64,000 nt of DNA from the human T2T-CHM13v2.0 reference genome, Homo sapiens. The notes below the pieces were generated by a model. That model did not search any database. It had not been told where the DNA came from and saw only the letters and a list, made by a program, of their open reading frames with translations. Numbering within the stretch: position 1 is the first letter of the stretch; every line of letters starts with the position of its first letter. Where the stretch lies: positions 15,904,001 to 15,968,000 of the forward strand of contig CP086569.2 of the NCBI GenBank assembly GCA_009914755.4, in the 5' to 3' direction. The position numbers were made by a program, and so were the translations under genes. Shown here piece after piece: positions 1 through 11,992 of the stretch.

Positions 1-544
1 TCATAAAGGTAAATGTAATTTGTTTTTTACTAGCATATAAAAATAGAATGGATATTTTTGGTGTTCTTGCTTTTATTAACTGCTAAATTCACTAATTCTC
101 CTAGCTGGGTTATAGATTAAACTTACACCATAATGTTTTAAGACAGGCTTAATCCTTCCTTTTCAATAATTTTACTTTCAATTTTTACTTTACTATGTTA
201 CTACAATTACAATAACTAATTACAAGTACCTACCAGTATATCATGTAGAGACTTGCCCACACCAGACATCTTTGCCTTATTATTGATGTCCGGGGAATTT
301 TCAGCATTTCATATGCTCCTTGCTGTGTTTTTGTTTCTTTGTTTGTTTATTTTCATTTCTTGTTGAATTTTTCAGGTAAAAATCATTCATATGTTTAAGG
401 AAATTTTATTGTATTCCAGATAGTGTACTTCATTAATTAAAACTTATCATCCTTTGAAAATTTATTTTTTGCCTTTATTGAGATGCCATATTTATATTCT
501 TTTTTCTTTTAATGCAATAATTTCCCTCAAATGACTTACAGCTC

Positions 545-685
545 CTCAGTGGGCATAGTGGATCACTCTTGTAATCACAGCACTTTGGGAGACCTAGGCA
601 GGAGGACTGTCTGAGGCCAGAAGTTCAAGACTGCCCAGGGAAATGCAGCAAGACCTGATCTGTATTTTTAAGAAATTTTAAGTTA
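545..685 (+). mobile_element. Alu-family left-monomer (FLAM-like) fragment
   Basis: Reads ...ggtggatcactcttgtaatcacagcactttgggagacc...aggccagaagttcaagac..., matching only the Alu left monomer, and ends in an A-rich stretch. Confidence 0.55.
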
Positions 686-885
686 AAAATAATTCACAAC
701 TCTAAACTATCCTATTACTCTGAATTCCTGAAATAAATCCCACTTGAATTATGACACATTCTGTAAAATTGCTTCCTTTTTGTTAACCACTAGAATATAT
801 GGCATATTTTTCTCTGTATAGATATAATTTTATAAATTTGGCATTACTTAGAAAGATTATTAAAAAATTATCTCTAATTTCATTT

Positions 886-1146
886 TTTATTGTTGTTTTT
901 GTTTTTGACACCCATTTTTGTTCTGTTACCCAGGCTCTAGTCCAATGGTGTGATCTTGGCTCACTGCAATCTCTACCTCCCCAGTACAAGTGATTCTCCT
1001 GCCTCATCTGGGACTACAGGCACATGCTATACACTCACAGCTAAATTTTGTATTTTTCATAGACAGAGTTTCACCACATTGGCCAGGCTGGTCTCAAACT
1101 GCTGACCTAAGGTGATCAGCCCTCCTTGGCCTCCCAAAGTGCTTCA
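886..1146 (-). mobile_element. Alu SINE, reverse orientation, lacks the first ~30 bp of the Alu 5' end
   Basis: T-rich tail on the left, then ...cccaggctctagtccaatggtgtgatcttggctcactgcaa...ggcctcccaaagtgc (reverse complement of Alu). Diverged, so an old subfamily. Confidence 0.8.
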
Positions 1147-4100
1147 TTTATTTTTATTTTTTATTTTTTTAGGGGGGTCAGGTTTTGGTATTAAGCTTAT
1201 GCTGATCCCAGGAATATCTTGGAGTAGATTCAGTTGTCTTGAACTTCTGGTCAAATTTATTACTACTATAAATTCTGCCATTCTTCTGTTATATGTTCTT
1301 ACAGTCTTTTTAATACATAAAAATATTATATGCCTTAGTTATAACTTACTTGCCTTATTTGCTATTTTTGTTGACAACCTTGGATATTCTATTTGTATAA
1401 TAAAAATCTACAAATAATAACAAAACATTACTTTCCTCCTTCCAATGTGTATGCCTTTCATTTTCTTACATATTTAGTTGTGCTAGCCAGTACCTACAGA
1501 AAAAAGCTAATAGAGTAGAAGTTTCTTATTTATTTAGCACTATGATAGATGCTTTTTGATTGATGTTTCTATATATTTTATATATTGTCACATTGTTAGT
1601 ATTTCTGCATTATATAAGTAATTTATATTATATACCTACATAATAACATAACATACAAACATATCTTAACATCTTGTACATATAAATATTTTTACATATG
1701 AAGAAAGACACCTATATTTCTGCATTGTCTTGAAACAAAGAATGAGAATGAACTTTTATTAAATGAATTTCATCACTTATAGTCATAACCTGTTTTCCAT
1801 GATTATATTAATATTTTAAATAAATTTCCTCATACTGAGATTTGCATGTATTGAAATAAATCTCAAGCTATCACAATGAATTTTTCTTCAAACAACAGCT
1901 GTAGTCTATCAGCTAGTTGTTAAAAAATATTCCCATCAATTAGTTTATGCCTGTGCTTTGTTTTTAAATTTTATGTTGATGTTTTGCAAGCTTTATAATA
2001 ACATTTTAGAACTATTTTTCTTCTCTAAATCAATTTAAATATCAAGGAATTTATCTTTTTTTCAAATAAAATACTGTTAAAGAATTTGGAACTGATGTAT
2101 TTGATGGGGAGAGTGTTTGAGGTGAAGAATGAGGTTTGATCACTTTGGGATGATATAATTAGTCTGTTTTGAGTTTCTGTTTCTTCTAGAAAAAATATGT
2201 ATGGGTCTGGAAAATTATCCATTATATCTAAGTTTTCAAATGCATTTCTATGGGATGGATCAAAGGAATTGGTTTTGATTTTTTAATCTTTTCCCATAGC
2301 TAGGATTTCCTCTCATCATTTGTTTTATGCATTTTTTCATCCCCACTTTTATTTGATGATCACTATATTAAACAGTGTTTCTGTCATATTTTTTTTCCTT
2401 ACCAAGGAACTAATGATAAGAATTTCATTCGCATTTATATCCTTCTTGGTTTTTGAATCTTTACTAATTCCTTTCTAATTCCTGCTGTGTTCTTGTAGTT
2501 TTGATGTTGTTGTTATATTTTGTTTTTTCTTGAGAAAATACAACTGTAGTGAGAATCCTTCCTTGGAGATGGCACCAAGGTGTAGTTTCTGAAAAATAAT
2601 TACTAAGCAAGTTATGCTACGTGGTTCTTCATGGCCCCAGTACTCTTGGCTGCAACAGTCTGAAATGTTAGTATTTAAAATTTCATCACCACTTATGCGT
2701 AGGGCATATTGCAAGCATATTCAACATGAGGGTGAGAAAATAGCATGGATTTCAGCCAGCAGACATAAGAGTGCAATTTGTATACATTCTGGGAATGTAA
2801 ATCCAGTATCATCCATAACTCAAGCGAGGGAGGAATATTTAGTTCAACACCTTATGAAGGGTTTAAAGTTGCCCTGGCAACAGAACTCTAATAAAGAAAA
2901 GTTCTATTCTGTGTTGAGTAATGCTACAGTTTTTATCCCCAGTTCTCAAATGTTTCCTTTTCTTTTTGCTTCTACTAGATTCAAATACTCTATATTTGAC
3001 TTGAGCATGAATTTCCCATTGTATGCACGATTATAAGAACTCCCAGATATTTCCAATATGGATTTTATTGTTGAATCTGAAACAGAAAGAATTCATTTCA
3101 TGAACCCAGTCCCCACCTAGAGGCAACTAACTTTTGTGGTGCTGCTAAGAATATTTTCCCAGCCTTTTTTTTCCTACTGTCAGGCCCAATATTCAATTTT
3201 ACCATTAATATGATGTTGTCCTACTATGATATTAATTATTTTACAATGTCTGTGTAAAATGTTATACTGAAAAAAATGTGATTGCCTATATTAGCCTGAA
3301 TGAAAAATGTCTCAAAGCAAACCATTTTCAATAAACGTGCATTAGGACTCTTTGAACTGTGCTACCACTGGTGTTGAAGGTGCTGCCCAAAGAAATTATG
3401 TGATTTATGAAATTTTAGTCCAATTTTTCTTTGGTATTTAACAAAAAATCTTGTGAAACTAAGAGATTAGAAGCAAACTTCTGCTTTATCTCTTATTCAA
3501 AGTAAGGCTTCTTAAGGTATATCTCAATCCATTTATTAACTATTTGAAGACTTTAAACTTTGGATCACAAATAAATTTAAGACAGGGATATTAGATGTGC
3601 ACATTTGTTTATACTGTGATAATTCTCGGTAAACTACATGTGAGAGTTTCTTTAGTAATTTAACTCAACAAGGAAATGAAATGGCTGTAAAATAAACACA
3701 AGTTATCTAAAGGAAGAAATATTTTTTTGTGGTTTACATGAATTGTTTCTTTTAGAACTTTTGAATTATATAAGCCCCCAAACAAGAAAAATTACCTCAA
3801 GATGGTTTGTTGTCAAACTCAAAGTAATTTGAAGTAAATCTGAGTGCTTATTATTTTCTTAAGGCAATTTTCATGTTGGCAAATAATTGTCTCTAATATC
3901 TTTATTTCTAACACACCTGGGATCATTGCATAATAGCCTTGATTGGAGGGAAGGGAATAATGCAATAATCAGATAGTTAAGTCAGAAGGATGGGGTGTGT
4001 GTATTAGAATCCTCTACGATTTTGTAGGGACACAGATTTTGTATGACTGCCAGCTAACACTTTCAATGATAAAGAAGTTTCCATGTCTCCAACTGACATA

Positions 4101-4255
4101 TTTTAGTTTCCTCATTGTTTCCCTGTTTCGGATGGTAGCACTAATAAGTAGAAAAATGGCCTGGAGACTGTCAAAACAAAACAAAACAAAAAGAATATTA
4201 GAAAAAGAATAGATGATCAAATGTTACTGAATTTTTAAACCATTGAGAAATGATA

Positions 4256-4380
4256 CCTTGTTTTTATCATCCCTTTGTCTTTGTTTTCAAGAAAATTATT
4301 CCTATCTTATTCTTTCAAATGAACTTCAAAGCAGTTTGCATCGATCTTGCCGGTTAATAAGAGAGAGGGAGACAGAGACA
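4256..4380 (+). repeat. copy 1 of a ~125-bp direct repeat (partner at 5405-5533)
   Basis: ...tcaagaaaattattcctatcttattctttcaaatgaacttcaaagcagtttgcatcgatcttgccggttaataagagagagggagacagagaca matches the partner at roughly 85% identity. Confidence 0.65.
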
Positions 4381-4602
4381 GAAATAGAGACAAAAAGAGA
4401 GAAAAGGAAAAGGAGGAAGAGAGAGACAGAGCAGAGAGAGAAAGAGGGTAGGAGGGAGAGAGAGAAAAGGAGGGAGGGAGGGGGAAGGATGAAGAGACAT
4501 ATACAGAGAGAGACAGAGGAAAGAAGAGAGAGAAAAGGTAGAGAGACAGGACAGAAGGAGGAGAGAGAAAACAGAGAAAGAGAGGGAGATAGAGAGAGAG
4601 AC
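4360..4602 (+). repeat. purine-rich (GA/GGA/GAGACA)n low-complexity tract, ~240 bp
   Basis: Continuous A/G-only sequence. The 130-aa and 100-aa ORFs here (R/E/K-rich and S/L-rich) are artefacts of translating it. Confidence 0.9.
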
Positions 4603-5363
4603 TGGCTGAGTAATGCTTTCAAGATCATATTTTAAAATCCTGGATAAGAGAGTGCCTGTTTTATGGTCAAGGAGTATTTACCAATTCACAAAAGTCATAC
4701 AAAGAAAGAAATGGCACTAAATCAAGAGCAATTCATAACAACACATGGAAAAGAAAGAAAAAGGAAAATAAAGTTCTCTCTTCTAAAGTCAACATATCGT
4801 GTACTTTGGGCCCTCTCCTACTCAATGGAGGCTCCAAAAGAATTCACCCTGTATTTCCTACTCTTCTTCATTTGGTGTTCAGATATTACCACAGTGCTCC
4901 CTATTTTGCATCCCCAAACAATATACCCAAATCCTTTACCTTGGATGATTTCTTGTTTTGTTTATTCATTTCTCGTTTTTCAACATTGTAGCCTAAAGTT
5001 TTTTCCACATTTCCCCCAAATGCCTCCACAGAATCCAACAATGACTTCTTTCTTTGCTCGAATTTTGTGATCTTTCTATTGTATGCTTTCTGTTTGACTT
5101 TTGGTATGATTGATTATCTTCCTTGAAATAGCATGGCTTCCTTGACTTGGGTTCCATTGGTGACTCCTGCTTTTTCTTCATGGTTTTTGTAAGCCCTTTT
5201 GAATAGGTTTATGTCTCTCCTATCTCATATCCACTTAGCCACTTAATGTCCCTTGTAGTTATCTGTTCTCAAGGCTGCTAGTCATGCTTCTATTATAGAT
5301 CCCTAAACTACTTATCACTTTATGCCTAGTTTCTGTACAACATTTTAAATTGATTCCAGGACA

Positions 5364-5366
<3 letters not shown>

Positions 5367-5404
<38 letters not shown>
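5367..5404 (+). repeat. (CA)n microsatellite, ~19 units
   Basis: acacacac... run. Confidence 0.95.
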
Positions 5405-5406
<2 letters not shown>

Positions 5407-5533
5407 CTTGTTATTATCATTCTTTTATTGTCTTTGTTTTTGTGAAAACTATTCCTATATCATTCTTTCAAACACGCTTCAAAGCAGCTTGCACAGATCT
5501 TGCTGGTTAATAGGAGAGGGAGACAGAGACAAA
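5405..5533 (+). repeat. copy 2 of the ~125-bp direct repeat (partner at 4256-4380)
   Basis: ...gtgaaaactattcctatatcattctttcaaacacgcttcaaagcagcttgcacagatcttgctggttaataggagagggagacagagacaaaaa. Same order and orientation as copy 1. Confidence 0.65.
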
Positions 5534-5544
5534 AAATGTGTATG

Positions 5545-5672
5545 TATATATAATTGTCCTAGAATCAATTTAAAATATGGCATAATATATATAATCAAAT
5601 ATAATACACATTTTATATTTTTTATATATACACATATATAATTGTCCTGGAATCAATTTAAAGTATATATAT
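5545..5672 (+). repeat. AT-rich segment with an internal ~35-bp direct repeat
   Basis: atatataattgtcctagaatcaatttaaaatat occurs at ~5545 and again at ~5633 as atatataattgtcctggaatcaatttaaagtatat. Confidence 0.6.
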
Positions 5673-5684
5673 TTGTATTTAGTG

Positions 5685-5930
5685 ACAAGATCTTGCTCTG
5701 TTGCCCTGGCTGGAATTCAGTGGCATAATCACAGCTCATTGCAGCCTCAATCTCCTGAGCTCAAGCAATGCTCCCACCTCAGCCTCCTGATAGCTGGGAC
5801 TATAGCTGTACACTACCATACCCAGCAATTTTTAATTTTTTTTTTTTTTGTAGAGACAGGGCCTCATTATGTTTCCTAAGCTGTTCTCGAACTCCTGGCC
5901 TCAAAAAATCCTCCTGCTTTGGCCTTCAAA
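5685..5930 (-). mobile_element. Alu SINE (old, AluJ-like), reverse orientation
   Basis: ...cttgctctgttgccctggctggaattcagtggcataatcacagctcattgcagcctc...cctcagcctcctgatagctgggactatag...tttttttttttttgtagagacagggcctc... Confidence 0.8.
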
Positions 5931-7308
5931 CAGGACCATTTTATTTGAGGGCTCTATTCTTATCTAAAAACCATCAGACCCCTACCACTTTCCTGAATGT
6001 TTTGTCAATAATGAAGAAATGCTATTTCTATTAATGTCATTGACATAAATTGAGCCACTTAAAACAAAAAAAAGTGATAGAAGTACCTATCTTTTATTCT
6101 TTGTATCCAATCCCTATGTAATCATTTCTTATATTTCACATTCAACTGAAGTCCATGTGAATTTCATAAAATATGGTGAAATTTTTCTCTTTTGTTTCTC
6201 TTTTGTTTCTAGTGTCATCTTTCAGAACAGATTTTTGTTACCTGGGGTTTGCATGACTGAATTCATCTTCCAGCAGCTCTTTAGATTTTATTGACTTCCA
6301 CAGGTCTCTTCTGCAAGCTCCATTCAAAGCTTCCTTATAGGAGATATTGATTCCACAAATCATTTCCATTATGCCATTCAAACAGCTCCACAGAAATTCT
6401 ATTCAATCTGTCTCACATCCTCCAAATACTCTTCATAAGATGCCCTTTCTTAACCCCAACTGTTTGCTGTGAGTATTCTTTCTCATTTAGTCTAGACTTT
6501 CCTTGCCTGATGTTCCAATCCTGTGAATTCTGAAGGTGTGACCTTATGAAACCACTCTATTCAGAAACTCTCTTTTTTAATAGTGTCACTTAATGGATTA
6601 GATAATCAATCCAAGGGGATATGTTCAAAGCCTCCCTCATCCACTTACTCCTTGAGTGATCTAAGCAAGCTATTTAGAATCTCTCACACTCAAGTTTCAC
6701 TACTTTAAAAACAAAACAAACTTGTGACTTATAGCATGTGCTTAAATGGATTGTTATGAATATTTCTGTTATTTTATTTATCTAACCCAGATTGATGTAG
6801 ACAGTGAATGCTTAATATATTGAATTAAATTATTACTAAGTATATACAAAAAGATATTTGATAATGTTTGTACTATTGTTTCACAAACCACTACTCCACT
6901 GAGGTGCTGAACTGCTTCGTCAAGCCCAGATAGATTAGACAGAAGGGCTGGAAGCTGCAGTATGTGTCCACTGCCAAATTCAGAAGCTTCCATACGGATA
7001 CGGAATTTCCAGGAAAGGGTTATCCTCCCTGTGGGTGAAGGGTTATCCCCTATGAACAGAAGACTAGGAAAAGCTGTCTACTGAGGACTGTGAACTAAGG
7101 AGAAGAGAGAAAACCTAGGTAGAATCAGTGACAAGAGAGAATCAGGTGACACATGCCCATATACCCATATCATTTCAATCTTGCTTCCAGTCTTATCTGA
7201 GTCCCAGTTATGGTCACATCTTGACCAATTTGGAGTCTGTGACACAATCCTATGTCTGTGCAATAAATACTGTCCCTTGAGCACTTGATTATCTCCTTCA
7301 ACTTGTAA

Positions 7309-7435
7309 TTTATTTTATTTTGCCTTTCCGATTCACCCTTAGAAGAGTAAAGGGGGGTTGAGAAACCTTGTTAGTTGATTATGAAACTCAACCAGTAGTT
7401 TGAAGGAGCTATTTATCTCCAAGAAAGAAACACTT
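7309..7435 (+). repeat. copy A of a ~120-bp diverged direct repeat (partner at 8408-8525)
   Basis: tgcctttccgattcacccttagaagagtaaagggg...ttgattatgaaactcaaccagtagtttgaaggagctatttatctccaagaaagaaac matches the partner at roughly 75% identity. Confidence 0.5.
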
Positions 7436-8096
7436 AGACATATCAATCCGTGGTCTTAATCCTTTCCAATGGAAAATAACTAATCCCAGTTGTTTCTCAT
7501 TGTATTACTGGTTCAGAGAAGGATAAGAAATGATAGAGTAATAAAATGGTTGACATGAAACAGGTTAGCAGTTTCTTCTCCTTCTTGCATATCTGGAGAA
7601 AAAAGCACAGAGAGGTTAATTGATCAAATTGCTTTTGGTCAGCTGACTGGAGTGGGACAATGGATTGAAGGTCTCTAATGAGAAAATAATGCATGTGTCA
7701 TCCCTTCTTTCAAATAAAATGGTCACACCTATTTAATCCAGTAAATAAGTTAACAAGACCTACAATGCACACCATTCCCCAAAGGCTGGATATGCCTTGG
7801 GGTAGAATCAATGCAGCCATTAAAATATTCCACAGATTCTTCACAGGTAGTATGCATAGTTCACCTTCCTTAAAGCATTGGATTACAGAAAACATGAACA
7901 CTTCTTTTGGTAGAAGGACTAGAAGGAAGTCACTAAATAATTGAACATTTAAGCAAAAATAATAGGTCCACTGAATGGGATAAGTCAAGAGTATCAATTG
8001 AATTAAATCCATTGGCAAAAACTAGTGGTTCTTAAACACCATGGAAGAAGGAAAAAGAACAGGTCATTTTGGTATTTTCTTTAAATGTTTCTTCTT

Positions 8097-8366
8097 CTTT
8101 TTAATTTTTTTTTAAATTGAGACAGGGCCTCATTCTGTCACTCAGGCTAGAATGCAGTAGTGTGATCACAGCTTACTGCAGTATCAACATTCCAAGCTCA
8201 CGTGATTCCCCCAGCTCAGCCTCCTGAGTAGCAGGGACTACAGGCATGCACCACTGTGCCTGGCTAATTTTTTAATTATTTGTAGAGACAGGGTGTTTTC
8301 ATGCTGCCCAGGCTGGTCTTAACTCATGGACTTAAGTGATTCTCCTGCTGTGACCTCCCAAAATGG
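8097..8366 (-). mobile_element. Alu SINE, reverse orientation
   Basis: Poly-T, then gagacagggcctcattctgtcactcaggctagaatgcagtagtgtgatcacagcttactgcag...cctcccaaaatgggg. Confidence 0.85.
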
Positions 8367-8407
8367 GGTATTTCCTAAAAAGAATGCCTCTCCTTCAGCA
8401 TGTAACT

Positions 8408-8525
8408 TCTTTTATTCTGCCTTCCTAATTCACCCTCAGAAAAGGAAAGGGAGTTTCGCAGACCTTCTCAGTTGATTTTGAAACTCATCCACAATTTTAA
8501 AGGAGCTATATCCAAGAGAAAAACC
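8408..8525 (+). repeat. copy B of the ~120-bp diverged direct repeat (partner at 7309-7435)
   Basis: tgccttcctaattcaccctcagaaaaggaaaggg...ttgattttgaaactcatccacaattttaaaggagctatatccaagagaaaaac. Confidence 0.5.
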
Positions 8526-9076
8526 TTTGGTGGGTATAAATCCAACGTTGTACAGACTTGGGTAATGCTAATTATAGTTTCTTGAGTTTTTACAGGTGTC
8601 TACCATGGTTAGAAATTTGCACCCATTATTCCTGTACTTTGAAAAGTCCTGCAAAAGTAACCTCACATCTTCACAACCCAAGACTTTTCTCAATCCATAT
8701 TGGTGGTTGTGACTTTCAAATCCTCTCCATACTATAGTTATTTTCAATCCATACATACATACATATATAGGTCTTAGGAGATCCAAGAGGTATCTATGCT
8801 TTGGGAGACAGGAAAATGCCATGAACCAGGGTAACTTTCTCTCTCCAGTGATAATTCTGGGAAGCATGCCCTGTTCTTATGCATCAGAACTTAGTTCTCT
8901 ACATGTAGCATTGCAACAGCTCCATGACAGCCATACCAAATTTTTAAATTCTTGCCTATGGAAATCTTCCCCCAACATCATGCAGTAAATGACAGACCAG
9001 GAGTTCAAATGCAGACCTCTTCTGTTTACAATCAGTACAAAATAGGTGGTGCATCTTAGGATTTGTCTTCTTCTTC

Positions 9077-9368
9077 TTTTTTTTTTTTTTTTGAGACAGA
9101 GTCTCACTCTGTTGCCCAGGCTGGAATGCAGTGGTGCAATCTTGGCTCACTGCAATGTCTGCCTCCTGGGTTCAAGCAATTCTCTGCCTCAGCTTCCTGA
9201 GTAGCTGGGATTACAGGTGCATGCCACAATGCCCAGCTAAGTTTTGTATTTTTACTAGAGACAGTGTTTCACCATCTTGGCCAGGCTGCTGTTGAACTCC
9301 TGACCTCATGATCCACTCACCTTGGCCACCCAAAGTGCTGGGATTACAGGCATGAGTCACTGAACCTG
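9077..9368 (-). mobile_element. Alu SINE (AluS-like), reverse orientation
   Basis: T16, then gagacagagtctcactctgttgcccaggctggaatgcagtggtgcaatcttggctcactgcaa...cccaaagtgctgggattacaggcatgagtcactgaacc. Confidence 0.9.
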
Positions 9369-10560
9369 TAGAGGGTTTGTCTTCTAATTGGAGCCAAAAG
9401 TTAATAGGAAAAAAAACTTAGGTTCCAGTTTAATTGACTGCCTTCCAGCTGGGAGATATTGGACTAATCACATCCTCATGTAGAGCTATATTCCTGTCTG
9501 TATAAAATTGAGCTAATAAAGCATATCCTCTTCTCAACTTTTTTTTTCACTGAGAGAATCAAAAGAAAATATTCATGGGGAAGAACTGTGTAAATTTTGA
9601 CCACATTATTAAGATGGAAGGTGGTAGCACTGCAGTTATTTTTCTGCTTCACTTAAAAGCTCAAGAAATAGTTTTTTTTTCTTTTACTACAAAGAGAAGT
9701 ATGCTTCTTCCTGGAGGAAATCCTACTACTAAAAAAAACCTCAGATTATTATTTTTTATCCTTAATGAGAAATAAATGAATTGGCTCCATTATTTTGCCC
9801 TCTGGCTTAAATGGAAAAGGGAAAAATGGACTTTTGTGTGAAAAGCATATTCTATAACATGAGCTGCAATACAATAGAACTTGGACAATTATCCAACTAT
9901 CATGACCCGGAGATTGACATATTACAGTCATGCATTCATAGAACTCAGTGACACAGTGGGGGCAGGGAGGTGGACCTCCTGCATGAAGGTTTACTCAAGT
10001 GGAAAGATACAGGAACTTGATGTTCTGTTGGGAAGTATTCAGTCTGATATCATTCTATGCCCCATGATTAATTTTTGTGTCCACAGATGATTTATTTTTA
10101 TATTCATGGGAAAGAGATATGTCTTCTCATGTATATAATCAAGCTCAATGTTAGAAAGGGGCTTTATACAATGTGACTTCATTGTATCCTTGTCAAATAG
10201 GAAGAACCAACAGTACGTGACTTCTGTTTTTCTTGATTTCCCTAATACCTGCATTTCTCCCTGGGTCTGATTTCAATTCACGACTTTTTCTACTCTAAAC
10301 TTATGCTGAAGCTATATCCAATGACTGATGGTTATAAATATTTATTTACAAACATTGCACATTTACTTCCAAACACTGATTTTGTGATAAAGCACAGATT
10401 ATTGTTTCTAGTTTACTGGCATCTTAGAACTGATATTTCATGACATTAAATGGGATCACTAAATGGTGATGTTTAGTATGATTTCATCGGATCAAAAACA
10501 TCGGCTAGGCATTTGAATCTTTTCTTCTTGTAATAGATGTTGGAAATTCTAATTTTTTTC

Positions 10561-10812
10561 TTTTGTTATTGTTGTTTTATGTGAGTAAGATATATGTAAC
10601 ACAAATTCAGCATTTTAACTCTTTTTGTGTCATCGAATACATTTACATGCTTGTGGAGCTATTACCATCATTCATCTTCAGAATGTTTTCACCTTCCCAA
10701 ACAGAAACCTTGTCCTTATTAAACAACAACTCCTTATCCCCCTCCCTCAGTCCCTGCCTCTTTTCATTCCACTTTCTGTCTCTATGAACCTGACTCCTCT
10801 AGTATCTCATAT
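10561..10812 (-). mobile_element. ancient L1 (L1M-type) 3'-end fragment, part A
   Basis: ...aattcagcattttaactc...catcattcatcttcagaatgttttcaccttcccaaacagaaaccttgtccttattaaacaacaactcc...cactttctgtctctatgaacctgactcctctag matches the conserved 3' UTR of old mammalian L1 in reverse complement. Confidence 0.5.
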
Positions 10813-11436
10813 CAGTGAAAATGATATAGGAGTTAAAAAGAAATTATTTAGGCAGATTATAAAGGTAAAAGGAGTCCTCGGCAAGGCTTGCTTTTTAATA
10901 AAAGTAGCCCCCAAATCACTTGTTTTCTAATAAAGAGCCATCTATATAAGTGAGCTTCAGACACAGTGAAACAAGCTAGAAACTTGAACGCCGGTGAATG
11001 CCGGCACTTGTGCTAATAGGAAACGGCTACCTGGGGTCCAGTGATGTTTAACATGGCAGCTCCATCTTCCCTTTTGTTTGCCAACCACATGTGTGGTAAG
11101 GAATAGACAACATGGCACCAGCCATAGAGAGACCCCCATCTGCATAATAAAAGATTAGGGTGGGATGGTCCACTTCTTCACACACGATCCAAATGTCACA
11201 TATCTGGTCTGACCAATCTCTTGGGCCCTGTATATTTCAGACACCTACCCCTCCAGTTCATCTATAAAACCCTGTGCATTTTTTTTTCAACATGAAACTG
11301 GAAGACCCACTCAGGTGCCTCTCTCTTCATGTGAGAGAGCTGTTCTCTTTTCTCATTCTTTCACCTATTAAACTTTTGCTATTAAACTCACTTGTTGTGT
11401 GTCTGCATTCTCAACCTCATTGGGAGTGAGACAATG
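10813..11436 (+). mobile_element. LTR-like insertion (putative solitary ERV LTR) splitting the old L1 fragment
   Basis: Ordered U3-R-U5-like signals: ccaat box (ctgaccaatctc), TATA (ctataaaaccc), then attaaa poly(A) signals (cacctattaaacttttgctattaaactcacttgttgtgtgtctgc). The L1M sequence resumes on the far side. The LTR family is not recognised. Confidence 0.4.
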
Positions 11437-11660
11437 AACCTCAGGTATTTAGCCCAGACAATGACACCACTTCAATACCATGCAGGATTTGTCCTTTTGT
11501 GACTGGCTTATATCCGTCACTGAGCAAAATGTCTTCAACATTTTGTTCAGTGTTATCCATCAGTGAGCAAAATATCCTCATGAACAACAATCCATGTTGT
11601 CATCTGTGTCAGAACTTCTTTCCTTTTTAAGGCTGAAGAAATATTTCCAGGTATTTGGAT
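11437..11660 (-). mobile_element. ancient L1 (L1M-type) 3'-end fragment, part B (continuation of 10561-10812)
   Basis: ...ggatttgtccttttgtgactggcttat...gtgtcagaacttctttcctttttaaggctgaagaaatatttcc. Contains a ~36-bp internal duplication: cgtcactgagcaaaatgtcttcaaca and catcagtgagcaaaatatcctcatgaaca. Confidence 0.5.
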
Positions 11661-11992
11661 TTCAAGAGGGAACATTTTCAATATTAGAAGATAATTGTTC
11701 CTAAATTTCATGTTCATGATAAGCTGTATTCTTCAGCTCCATGGGAAGTCTATAAGACATAGTGATGTAAGTTGGACACAGGTGAACACTGTTAACTTGG
11801 ATGATGACTTTGCTATGGTTTATGAAGCTTTATCTGTAACTGGACTGCAGGGCTACTGAGACACATGACATGTTCCATTTATATCTGTTTCTGGTATGGT
11901 GCCTTCCTACAACATTTTTCACATAATAGGAACTCAGAAAATTAGTGATATCTTGTACTAGTCAATGCTCTAGTGAAAATAGTAAATGTGTT

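Noticed and set aside
4243-4635. 130-aa (+) and 100-aa (-) ORFs encoding R/E/K-rich and S/L-rich proteins
   Set aside because: They are translations of the 240-bp GA-rich low-complexity tract on its two strands, with no coding signal.
11270-11400. TATA box plus ATTAAA signals treated as a functional host promoter and terminator
   Set aside because: They sit inside an LTR-like repeat insertion. Without expression data they are only family-typical motifs, not demonstrated regulatory elements of a host gene.
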